In this document: in pieces, positions 50,030 through 58,594 of the stretch
How the letters are laid out: each line of letters begins with the position of its first letter
Position numbering within the stretch: position 1 is the stretch's first letter
DNA from: Phycisphaerales bacterium
GTDB taxonomy: Bacteria; Planctomycetota; Phycisphaerae; WQYP01
Direction: 5' to 3'
Length of the DNA stretch: 64,000 nucleotides
NCBI GenBank assembly: GCA_027451365.1
Contig: DAIDJN010000042.1
Coordinates: forward strand, 1-64,000
Made by a program: the position numbers and the translations under genes
Notes under the pieces: generated by a model
Seen by the model: the letters and a program-made list of their open reading frames with translations, nothing else
Database searches by the model: none
What the model was told of the DNA's origin: nothing

Positions 50030-50902
50030 ATGGCGGAAATAAATGCAAAAGATGTAATGGCTCTTCGTGTGCAAACCAACGCCGGGCTGATGGATGCAAA
50101 AAAGGCACTTCAGGAAGCCAATGGCGATATGGCCGTGGCTGTTGAATTACTGCGTAAATGGGGTGCGGGCAAGGCCGACGCGAAAATGTCCAATGAAATG
50201 AAGGAAGGCCTGGTGGCAGGCAAAATAAGCCCGGATGGCTCACTAGGTGTGATGCTTCGTCTAGGCTGCCAGACCGATTTTGTAGCCCGTAACGATGGCT
50301 TTCAGAAATTACTTAACAATCTGGTGGAACTGGCTTTCAGCAACCCGGTTACCACGCCGGCCGAGCTAGGCGAATTGCCCTATTCAGACGGTTCCGGCCG
50401 CACTGTGGCGTCTGTCATAAAGGAACTTATTGGCGGAGCCATCAAGGAAAATATGGCAGTTACCGGGTTGGCGCGGTTTCAGACCACCACCGGTCAGGTT
50501 GGCATGTATGTGCATCACAATTCCAAGGTCGGCACGCTGGTTCAGGTGGATGGCGGCAAGGGACCGGCCGTACGCGCGCTGATCGGGGAAGTTGCCATGC
50601 ATGTGACCGCGGGTATGCCCGCGGTGCCTGCGGCGATTTCGCGTGACAAAATAGATCCGGCGATAGTGGCTCGCGAGAAGGCGGCGGCGGCCGAATCCAT
50701 TACGGGTAAGCCGGCGAATATTGTGGAAAAAATTGTGGCTGGTCGTCTGGATAAATTCTTTGCGGAAATTATTCTGCTTGAACAGCCGTTTGTTAAAGAT
50801 GAGAAAAAGCGGGTCAGCGACCTTCTGAAGGAAACTGGCAAGGCGGCTGGTTGCGAACTGACCATCAGTCATTTTGCCCGGTTTAAAGTAGGCGAAATTT
50901 AA
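50030..50902 (+). CDS. tsf: Translation elongation factor Ts
   Basis: Motifs LRVQTNAGLMDAKKAL, CQTDFVARN, AMHV and LLEQPFVKD; upstream of pyrH-frr. Confidence 0.95.
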   Translation: MAEINAKDVMALRVQTNAGLMDAKKALQEANGDMAVAVELLRKWGAGKADAKMSNEMKEGLVAGKISPDGSLGVMLRLGCQTDFVARNDGFQKLLNNLVELAFSNPVTTPAELGELPYSDGSGRTVASVIKELIGGAIKENMAVTGLARFQTTTGQVGMYVHHNSKVGTLVQVDGGKGPAVRALIGEVAMHVTAGMPAVPAAISRDKIDPAIVAREKAAAAESITGKPANIVEKIVAGRLDKFFAEIILLEQPFVKDEKKRVSDLLKETGKAAGCELTISHFARFKVGEI

Positions 50903-51133
50903 GACCGCGAGAAGCGGAAAACCGCGTAAAAATCCGCAGTTTGTGCCGGCTGACGGATGGCTATTCTGGATAGAATATGGCGTTTCCGCGGATGGCCGCA
51001 GGCCGACATGGGGCGATGCGGATTGGATGTGACGCGGAAAAAATGGCGCTTAACAATGGGCGCGGTTCGGGAAGCGGTTAATTGTTTTTGGCAGTGCCGC
51101 ACCTGGCGGTTGACATGCTTTGCGGAGCTTTGA

Positions 51134-51883
51134 ATGTCTGGACCGAAGTACAAGCGCATTTTATTGAAAATATCGGGTGAAGGGCTTTGCCAGGAAGGCG
51201 GCTTCGGGTTCGACAATCAGGAACTTCACGCGATTGCCCACCAAATTGTGCAGGTTGCCCGCAGTGGCGTGCAGGTGGCTGTGGTCATCGGTGGCGGAAA
51301 TTTTGTGCGCGGTGAATCACTTGCGGCCAGTGCCCAGGTGCAGCGGTCCACCGCTGATTACATGGGTATGCTGGCCACGGTTATTAATGCCATGGCCCTG
51401 CAGGACACTCTGGAACATCTGGGCCAGCCCACGCGGGTGGCCAGTGCGCTGGCGGTGGTGCAGGTTTGTGAGCCGTTCATTCGCCGCAAGGTCATCCGTC
51501 ATCTGGAAAAAGGTCGGGTGGTGGTGCTGGCCGCGGGTACGGGTAATCCATTTTTTACCACTGATACCTGCGCAGCTTTGCGGGCCACGGAACTCCAGGC
51601 CGATGTGCTGCTAAAGGCGACCAAGGTGGATGGCGTGTATGACAGTGATCCGAAAAAGAATCCGGCGGCCAAACGGCTGGATCGGCTAACCTACCGGCAG
51701 GTTATCACGGACAATTTACGCGTGATGGACATGACGGCCATATCTCTGGCCATGGAAAGTAAAATTCCAATCATTGTGTTCAACTTGAAAAAGAACGGCA
51801 ACATTGCGCGGGTCGTGGCCGGGGAGTCCATTGGCACGCTTATTTACGATGAGGGTCGAACATTAGGCCCGGTCGCGGTCTGA
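51134..51883 (+). CDS. pyrH: UMP kinase
   Basis: Motifs RILLKISGE, GGGNFVRG, DYMGMLAT, GNPFFTTD and VMDMTA. Confidence 0.98.
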   Translation: MSGPKYKRILLKISGEGLCQEGGFGFDNQELHAIAHQIVQVARSGVQVAVVIGGGNFVRGESLAASAQVQRSTADYMGMLATVINAMALQDTLEHLGQPTRVASALAVVQVCEPFIRRKVIRHLEKGRVVVLAAGTGNPFFTTDTCAALRATELQADVLLKATKVDGVYDSDPKKNPAAKRLDRLTYRQVITDNLRVMDMTAISLAMESKIPIIVFNLKKNGNIARVVAGESIGTLIYDEGRTLGPVAV

Positions 51884-51971
51884 CGGCAAACACGTGGTGT
51901 TGCCGGTGATGGGCGGCGATGGAACAGGTTTTGCCGCCGGCAACATAAACGCGATATACAGGAGAATAAAC

Positions 51972-52532
51972 ATGCCTATAGATGAAATACTTTTTGAAGC
52001 CGAAGCAAGCATGGAAAAGGCGATTGACCATTTGCGCCACGAATTGCGCGGCCTGCGCACCGGACGGGCAAGTACATCGCTGGTGGAATATATAAAGGTG
52101 GATTATTACGGAACTCCAACGGACCTTCGCGCATTGGCTTCGCTGACCACTCCGGATGCCAGTTCGATTATCATTAAGCCGTTTGATCCGGGAAGTTTAA
52201 AGGATATTGTGAAAGCATTGGAGGCGGCCAATCTGGGAATTAACCCGATCAGTGACGGCAAACAGGTGCGACTGGTATTGCCGCCGCTGTCGGGTGAACG
52301 TCGCCAGCAGTTGCTGGGCAAGGTCAAAGAGGTGGCGGAGCATTGCCGCATTGCGATGCGCAATATCCGTCGCGACGCCAATAAAGGTGTGGAGGCCGAG
52401 GAAAAGGAATCATCGCTTCCAGAAGATCAGGTCAAAAGTGCCCGCGATGATATTCAGGAACTGTTGAAGAGATTTGAGGTTAAGGTGGATGAAATTGTGG
52501 CCACCAAACAGACTGAAATAAGTTCAGTCTGA
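51972..52532 (+). CDS. frr: Ribosome recycling factor
   Basis: Motifs LRTGRAS, VDYYG, PPLSGERR and RNIRRDAN. AGGAG SD. Confidence 0.98.
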   Translation: MPIDEILFEAEASMEKAIDHLRHELRGLRTGRASTSLVEYIKVDYYGTPTDLRALASLTTPDASSIIIKPFDPGSLKDIVKALEAANLGINPISDGKQVRLVLPPLSGERRQQLLGKVKEVAEHCRIAMRNIRRDANKGVEAEEKESSLPEDQVKSARDDIQELLKRFEVKVDEIVATKQTEISSV

Positions 52533-52619
52533 ACAGGCTCTGTACCGGAAGTGTAGCCGGGTGCGCACCTGGTTCTCCCGTTGGAAACAGAACAAAAGAA
52601 ACTGACTCGGTTGATCCAG

Positions 52620-52862
52620 TCAGGGCGGATCATGAATTTCGGGATTCAGTTGAATCTGGCGATCTTCAATAGATTGATCATCCGACGGATCCAGCGGGCG
52701 CGACGTGTTGTATTTTCCATCCAGCCAGTTGCCGAGGTCCAGGAGGCGGCACTTGTCTGAACAGAATGGAAACGCGGGTTCCTGAACGTTGGCAACCGCC
52801 TTTTTACAGATGGGACAGCGAAAGCCACCGGAATGCTGGGAAGGACCGGCCTGTTTCATCAT
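52620..52862 (-). CDS. yacG: DNA gyrase inhibitor YacG
   Basis: CPICKK...FPFCSDKCRLLDLGNW. GAGG SD. Confidence 0.9.
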   Translation of the reverse strand: MMKQAGPSQHSGGFRCPICKKAVANVQEPAFPFCSDKCRLLDLGNWLDGKYNTSRPLDPSDDQSIEDRQIQLNPEIHDPP

Positions 52863-53276
52863 AACCTCTTTTTTATCGAACTTTGCCGCCTTTCGCGAGT
52901 GTTTTGGCAACCATCCATAATCCGCCTCAGGCGTGGCATATTTTACCAAAATCAACGGGTAGCGCAATATGGCGGGGCATTTTTAATTTGCGGACGATCG
53001 CGACCGCCTGATCGTTGGAAAATCACTCCTCAGGAATGGTACCGCAATTACCTCCCGATTTGCACTGCAATCGGATGGTCTATTGTGAGGGTTCTACCAC
53101 TGACAAGCTGGCGGCTATGTGAAATATAGCGCTCCATTTTTGACGCCTCGTGGTTCCGGCCTATTCCAATTGGAAAAATTATTCCGGCCCGGTTCCTTGG
53201 CGCCTTAGGTGCGACAGCAGAAGGTCAAAACTAGGGGAACACGCCCCTTTATGTCGCCGGTTGAAGCGTGCGTAAT

Positions 53277-53306
53277 AAAAAAAGTCGGCAGTATAAGGCC
53301 GACCTT
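53277..53306 (-). terminator. Rho-independent terminator
   Basis: The minus strand reads GTCGGC-CTTATACT-GCCGAC followed by T7. Confidence 0.8.
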
Positions 53307-53510
53307 GAATGGGGCAATAATAAAGCCACCGCGTGTGTGGAAAGCGACCGTGAGCCGCCTGTCTGCACCGCCAACCGTATGGGCGCTTGTCATAGCGACT
53401 CAGGGCCACTTAGCGGTCGCGTTCGGATTGGCCAATCAAGGCCGCGTCAAAGACGCATCGTACGAACCCGTACAAGACAATCCACAGATGCGACCTGCGG
53501 TGGCTACATT
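53277..53510 (-). ncRNA. Candidate structured non-coding RNA of unknown family (about 230 nt primary transcript, 182-nt closed core)
   Basis: Has its own promoter and terminator, a 9-bp closing stem (53497-53505 with 53324-53332) and several nested helices, one with a G-U wobble. No credible ORF. Confidence 0.65.
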
Positions 53511-53514
53511 TATC

Positions 53515-53563
53515 AGTGTATCCATAAAATCTGACAAAGCAAGAAAAAAGAATAATTTTTTTT
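53515..53563 (-). promoter_or_regulatory. Sigma70 promoter TTGCTT-N16-TACACT with an A/T-tract UP element
   Basis: -10 at 53515-53520, -35 at 53537-53542, and AAAAAAAATTATTCTTTTTTC immediately upstream. Confidence 0.65.
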
Positions 53564-53714
53564 CGGGTCCAATTTCGGTGGCCGAAGTGACCGGAATTCC
53601 GTCAATTGATTGCAATGAAAAAAGGCTTTTGCAGTCGCCACCCCCGATCCCGGGGGCGGCTAAGCAAGTGGATAATTTTTAATTTTCGTTCAGCAGGGCA
53701 CGGCAAAGTGAAAC

Positions 53715-54602
53715 TCAGTCGCAATTCGACGATTCCGGCGGCAGGCGGATATCGTGACCATGGGCCGCAATGTCGGAATCCAGATCGATGGCCGGAGGTT
53801 GATCAATCCGGGTAAAGGCAAGATACCGCACCAGGCAGGCAATGGTGACCAGGAACAGGGCGCTGGTTTTGACGGTCCCCAAGCCGAATCCGCCGACCGA
53901 GTGATGCTGGGAAAGCAGGTCACCAAGGGATGCGCCCAGCGGCCGGGTGAGGATATAGGCAATCCAAAACGCCGCCACGGCGTTGAGTTTGAAAAAATAA
54001 TGAGCGATTGCCACCAGGCCGATGGCTCCGGCGAAAATGAATGTGGAATTCAAATATCCCCATTTTAAACCTTCTGAAAGCAGGTCCCCGCCGGACGTTC
54101 CCAGCGCAAAGGTGAAAAGAATGGTCAGCCAGTAAAATGTTTCACGGCGTGTGGTAAAAATGGTGTGAATGGAAAGCGTTCTTTCGCGAAAATACCAAAT
54201 GCTGAACGTCGCGACCAGAGCGATAGAAAACAGAGTTGTGGTTACCTGCAGGGGAACGCCAAGATTGTCCACCAGGTTATCGCTGATAAGCGTTCCGACG
54301 ATGCTTATCAATACCACAACCAGCCAATAGATGGATGGAATATATTTTTTGGCGCGAAACTGGAAGAACATGACAACCAGCAGCACCATCGCCATAACCA
54401 GTCCTGTGTACCCTTCCCCAAGCTTTAATTTTTCACTAAGCAGGTCGGCCGCGGTTTCGCCCACAGTGGTGGCCAGTACCTTAATAATCCAGAACAAAAT
54501 GGTGACCTCGGGCACCTTGTTCAACATGTGTTGGCCGTTGGCGGGCCTCATCGGGGCCCGGGTGATTTCATGGTGTTTTTGTTGAATTCTATGCAGATTC
54601 AT
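53715..54602 (-). CDS. COG4705/DUF347 repeat membrane protein
   Basis: Motifs KVPEVTILFWIIKVLATTVGETAAD, REtFYW..IL.TFALGT..GD and FWIAYILTRPLGASLGD. Confidence 0.85.
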   Translation of the reverse strand: MNLHRIQQKHHEITRAPMRPANGQHMLNKVPEVTILFWIIKVLATTVGETAADLLSEKLKLGEGYTGLVMAMVLLVVMFFQFRAKKYIPSIYWLVVVLISIVGTLISDNLVDNLGVPLQVTTTLFSIALVATFSIWYFRERTLSIHTIFTTRRETFYWLTILFTFALGTSGGDLLSEGLKWGYLNSTFIFAGAIGLVAIAHYFFKLNAVAAFWIAYILTRPLGASLGDLLSQHHSVGGFGLGTVKTSALFLVTIACLVRYLAFTRIDQPPAIDLDSDIAAHGHDIRLPPESSNCD

Positions 54603-54706
54603 GCGACAGCATCCTTTTTGGGATGAAAAAAAGCAGTGGGCCGGGCGTCAACGAAATAACTGGCACCTTACTGCGGCTTCCATGTCGTTTAACCCATCAG
54701 GGCGGC

Positions 54707-54740
54707 ATATTACCGGTCAAACATGAAATGCCGATGAAAT
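54707..54740 (-). promoter_or_regulatory. Tandem ATTTCAT repeats (11-bp period) 10 nt upstream of a TAATAT -10 element; OmpR/PhoB-type activated promoter
   Basis: ATGAAAT at 54723-54729 and 54734-54740 (+ strand); -10 at 54707-54712. Confidence 0.5.
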
Positions 54741-54839
54741 TAAGTCAAATTTAGAAAAATATTTTTCGCGGACACCAAAAGGCATGGGGCTTCAAGGGCC
54801 GGAATGCGGCATAAAAAGGCAAACGATTGGGCGGGCAGA

Positions 54840-56309
54840 TTAAAATTCGCGTCGGCGGCGGGCGGGAGCTATTTTGCAGAGTTTGCGGTATTTGGCTACG
54901 GTGCGGCGCGCGAGCGTGATTCCCTGTTCCTTCAGTTTGTCTACAAGGTCATCGTCGCTGAGTGGATTTTTTTTATCTTCGTGTTCAATCAGGTCGAGCA
55001 GGCGGGCTTTTACCGCATCCCAGCTCATGGATTCACCCGCGGCGTTTTCCATGCCACCGGTGAAAAACTGGCGCAGTGGAAATACACCACGGGGCGTCTG
55101 GATATGCTTTTCCGCCACCGCCCGGCTGACGGTCGCCACGTGAATGCCAAGCTGGTCGGCGACACTGGTCATGGGCAGAGGTTTAAGGTGTTCGGGACCA
55201 AAGTCGATAAAATCCCGTTGCCGATCCACCACAACGCGCAGCACCCTTAACAGGGTATTGCGCCGCTGGGCGATGGAGTCAATCAGCCAGCGGGCATTGC
55301 GAATATTTCCGGAAAGGAACTGTCGTGTTTTGGTGTCGACAGCTTTGGTACGGGCCATTCTGGTATAGACGTCGTTTATGCACAGGCGTGGAATGCGGTC
55401 GTCAGTCAGCCGAATGGTATATTCGCCGGTCTGGTCGTCAAGTTCGATAATCGCATCTGGCGTGATTGCGGGCACTGGGGCACTGACCAACAGACGACCG
55501 GGGCGCGGGGTTAAATGTCGGGCCATAAATGCCCGCGCCTGGTTGATCTGTTCCAGCGAATAACCGGACTTGCGGGCAATCTGCGGCAGCCGGTTCATTT
55601 CCAGGTCTTCTAAATGATGACTCACCAGTTCCCGTGGAATAGTCAGGTCCGGAGCACCATTCTCACGCGCCAGGGCGTCCAACTGCAACAACAGGCATTC
55701 CTGCATGTTGCGGGCACAGATTCCAGGCGGTTCGAGCCTTTTTTGTAGAAGTGTAATCGCCATCTCCACATCATCCCGGCGAACGCCAGCAGGTAGCTGT
55801 CGGCATATCGTATCCATACTGTCGCGGATGAATCCATCCTCATCTACCCAGTCGATCAGGACGCGGCCGGCGGCCATAGTGGCTTCATCCATGTCCAGCA
55901 GGTTCCATTGGCTTAAGAGTTCTTCCTCCAGGGAAGCACTGCGGGCGGCGGCATTGGCCATCGCTTCCATTTTGGGGTCGCGGCCATCTTCGCCGCGATT
56001 TATTTTGCCAATACGATTGCCGAACAGCCCATCTTCCCAGCCCAGGTCGGGTGGTGTTTCAATGCTGGCGGGTGCTTCTTCAGTTGGGGGCGAGGATTCG
56101 GCAGGCATCCCGGCGACGGTGGTATTGTCTGGTCCGGAGTCATAGGGGGAATCGAGTTTTTCCAGAACCGGGTTCGCGGAAAGTTCTTCATCGATCCGTT
56201 CTTCGAGTTCCATGATGGACAACTGCAAGATTTCCATGGATTGAATCATCCGCGGGACCAGCTTCATCTGCTGGTTCATTCGCATGTTCATGGACGAGTC
56301 AAAACGCAT
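54840..56309 (-). CDS. rpoN: RNA polymerase sigma-54 factor
   Basis: Q/M-rich region I (QQMKLVPRMIQSMEILQL), EPPGICAR..QECLLLQL, HVATVSRA and the RpoN box ARRTVAKYR. Confidence 0.98.
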   Translation of the reverse strand: MRFDSSMNMRMNQQMKLVPRMIQSMEILQLSIMELEERIDEELSANPVLEKLDSPYDSGPDNTTVAGMPAESSPPTEEAPASIETPPDLGWEDGLFGNRIGKINRGEDGRDPKMEAMANAAARSASLEEELLSQWNLLDMDEATMAAGRVLIDWVDEDGFIRDSMDTICRQLPAGVRRDDVEMAITLLQKRLEPPGICARNMQECLLLQLDALARENGAPDLTIPRELVSHHLEDLEMNRLPQIARKSGYSLEQINQARAFMARHLTPRPGRLLVSAPVPAITPDAIIELDDQTGEYTIRLTDDRIPRLCINDVYTRMARTKAVDTKTRQFLSGNIRNARWLIDSIAQRRNTLLRVLRVVVDRQRDFIDFGPEHLKPLPMTSVADQLGIHVATVSRAVAEKHIQTPRGVFPLRQFFTGGMENAAGESMSWDAVKARLLDLIEHEDKKNPLSDDDLVDKLKEQGITLARRTVAKYRKLCKIAPARRRREF

Positions 56310-56350
56310 CAGGCGTACCCATGTCTCTAAAAACCGTGGCTCCGCTGGCA

Positions 56351-56366
56351 AGCAACTGGCGTGCCA
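56351..56366 (-). promoter_or_regulatory. Sigma54 -24/-12 box directly upstream of rpoN
   Basis: The minus strand reads TGGCACGCCAGTTGCT, a full consensus match. Confidence 0.8.
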
Positions 56367-56610
56367 AATCTGTCGTAAGTATAACGTACATTCGAAAATT
56401 TTGCAGATTTCCGGGATTAGATCGTCAGATTTTTAATCAATATGGCGGTGCGACAGGCGATATTCGACCGTATTCGGGGCCACGCTGGCCACCGGCAGAA
56501 CGGGCGGCATTTTTCTTTTGCGCCCAGAAGGTAGAATATGCCACGCTTCGGCCGTCGCGGCCGGACGATAGCTATTGGAATCTGACAGGTGATTCCGACT
56601 GAACAGGCAG

Positions 56611-57576
56611 ATGAACCGACCTTTTATGATCGATAATTCGCGTGAACACCATACTGTTACAACCCGAACCGGCCAGCGATTAACCACCCTGCCGAATGGC
56701 AGCTTGCGTATTTTTGCGCCGGCAAAGCTGAACCTGGGACTGATCGTGTATCCACCCCGTCCCGACGGGTTTCACGATATCGATTCCTGGTTCGTGCCGA
56801 TTTCGCTTTACGATACGCTGACTATTTCTCCGGCGGCGGAATTGTCGCTTCAGGTGACGGGAGTTTGCGGGAACATATCTGCCGATCTTCATGACAATCT
56901 TGTCGGTCGGGCGGCACTGTTGCTCGCCGCGGAAACCGGTCACGCGGCGGGGGCGAACATTCAGTTGCACAAAGTGGTGCCTGCTGGCGGAGGTCTGGGC
57001 GGGGGAAGTTCAGATGGGGCGGCTACGCTATTGGCCTTGAACCGGATGTGGCGAACTGACCTTTCGGACGATGCCTTGGCCAATCTGGCGGCCCGCTTGG
57101 GCAGCGATGTGCCCTTTTTTATTCACTGTGAATCGGCGGTATGCCGCGGCCGGGGGGAAAAAATGACGCAGTTGCCGTTTTATGACTGGCTTTACGTGGT
57201 CCTGTTTATGCCACCAATGGGGGTGGCGACCAAGGCTGTCTATCAGCGTTTTGACCAGCGCAGGCCGACCCAACCGCATCAGTTGCCGGACTGGATGGCA
57301 ATTAGCCGCCTTAAACCGCATGCGATGGCCGCTCTGTTAACGAATGATCTTCAGGCTCCAGCCTATGATGTCGAACCGCGGTTGGAGGTGCTAAGTCGGC
57401 AACTGGCACAATTAACAGGTCGAAAAATTCAGATGAGCGGAAGTGGTTCCACACTGTTTATTCTGGCGGATTCCGCCGCTGACGCCCAACACGTTCGCGA
57501 CGCGGCCCAGGCACAGGCGGACGGGATGTTTACCGCAGCGGCGGCGCGGGTATATCGGACTGGCGAATGGGGGTAA
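56611..57576 (+). CDS. ispE: 4-diphosphocytidyl-2-C-methyl-D-erythritol kinase
   Basis: Motifs APAKLNL, RPDGFH, GGLGGGSSD, LGSDVPFF, GRGE and MSGSGST. Confidence 0.96.
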   Translation: MNRPFMIDNSREHHTVTTRTGQRLTTLPNGSLRIFAPAKLNLGLIVYPPRPDGFHDIDSWFVPISLYDTLTISPAAELSLQVTGVCGNISADLHDNLVGRAALLLAAETGHAAGANIQLHKVVPAGGGLGGGSSDGAATLLALNRMWRTDLSDDALANLAARLGSDVPFFIHCESAVCRGRGEKMTQLPFYDWLYVVLFMPPMGVATKAVYQRFDQRRPTQPHQLPDWMAISRLKPHAMAALLTNDLQAPAYDVEPRLEVLSRQLAQLTGRKIQMSGSGSTLFILADSAADAQHVRDAAQAQADGMFTAAAARVYRTGEWG

Positions 57577-57594
57577 ATCAGATTGGTGGGGCGG

Positions 57595-58215
57595 TCAGAT
57601 AGCCTGAACAGATTCAATCGCAAACCCGCTTTGCTCTATGCATTGTTTGACGGCCTGCTCGCATGAAGCATCGGCGGAAATCGTGAATTCCCTTGTATCA
57701 AATGCGCTGGTGGCGATATAGGCTGTACAGACGGCAAAAGCGATGCTGTTTTTTATTTCCAGACTTTTCCGGTTGATCCCGGGAACTCGATTCAGCCGCA
57801 GGCGAAGATTGGTCAATTCTTCTGTGGCAAAAGTTCCAGATTGAATCTTAAACCGCACGCGGCGTGGGGTGCCTGTGAACAGCGCAAGTTTCTCTTCAAT
57901 AAGTTTTTCCACGGGCATGTTTTCGGATATTTCTTCTGGCGAAAAATGCTGATGGAGATGCGACCATGCGTCATGCAGGCAGAAGTGGTAAAGGTTATGG
58001 CCGTCCGGCAACTGGCGGACGTCCCACACGCCAACGGCGTTGGGCGAAAGCGGTGAAATAATTCGGTCAATGGCGGGATTAAGGCGACGGGCGAATGCGG
58101 CGGCTGCCGGCTGGGCTTGCAATCTGCTGGTAAGGAATAAATCCATGCCACGCGTCTTTCCATGTTCGGGCCAAACTATTAAATGAATCATGCCAAAAAA
58201 CGTCCCGTGGGGCAA
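57595..58215 (-). CDS. Hypothetical protein
   Basis: 206-aa ORF filling the gap, with plausible globular composition and no recognised motif. Start uncertain. Confidence 0.45.
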   Translation of the reverse strand: MPHGTFFGMIHLIVWPEHGKTRGMDLFLTSRLQAQPAAAAFARRLNPAIDRIISPLSPNAVGVWDVRQLPDGHNLYHFCLHDAWSHLHQHFSPEEISENMPVEKLIEEKLALFTGTPRRVRFKIQSGTFATEELTNLRLRLNRVPGINRKSLEIKNSIAFAVCTAYIATSAFDTREFTISADASCEQAVKQCIEQSGFAIESVQAI

Positions 58216-58594
58216 GCGCGTCGGCTGAGTTTGGCGATAACCATACTTTCACGAAGCTCATATTTTGGCGAAAACGAAGGGCTACCGGGGTTAAAGCGGG
58301 GGTTGCCGCCGACACAGCCTGCTGCATAATCGATACCGGCATCTTTTCACTGTATCGTTTCTTCTTCCGTAATCTTTTATTCTCATTTTATTGGAAGTCT
58401 ATACGACGCCAAAGGCGTTATTTTGGGGGCAAAGTACACTGGGCGGAGGATCGTTTGATATCCACAATCCCACAAATTTAAACATATTGCAATTTTTCGA
58501 TGTCGTATGACTATCGGATAATCGCAAAAATTCTCATTATTAAGAATATGAACAACATCACAATTGGCTGCGCGGGTGAACGTGGGGCGTATTG

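Noticed and set aside
53324..53505. Retron msr-msd, 6S RNA, tmRNA, SRP RNA or group II intron identity for the structured RNA
   Set aside because: Retron: the terminal inverted repeat with small and long hairpins is superficially similar, but there is no reverse transcriptase in the window. 6S: the internal loop is far too asymmetric. tmRNA: no tRNA-like ends. SRP: no helix-8 motif. Group II intron: no proper domain V.
53179..53682. Short ORFs across the ncRNA region (53205..53393, 53209..53682, 53268..53534)
   Set aside because: They have no SD or recognisable motif, and they run across the terminator or the promoter.
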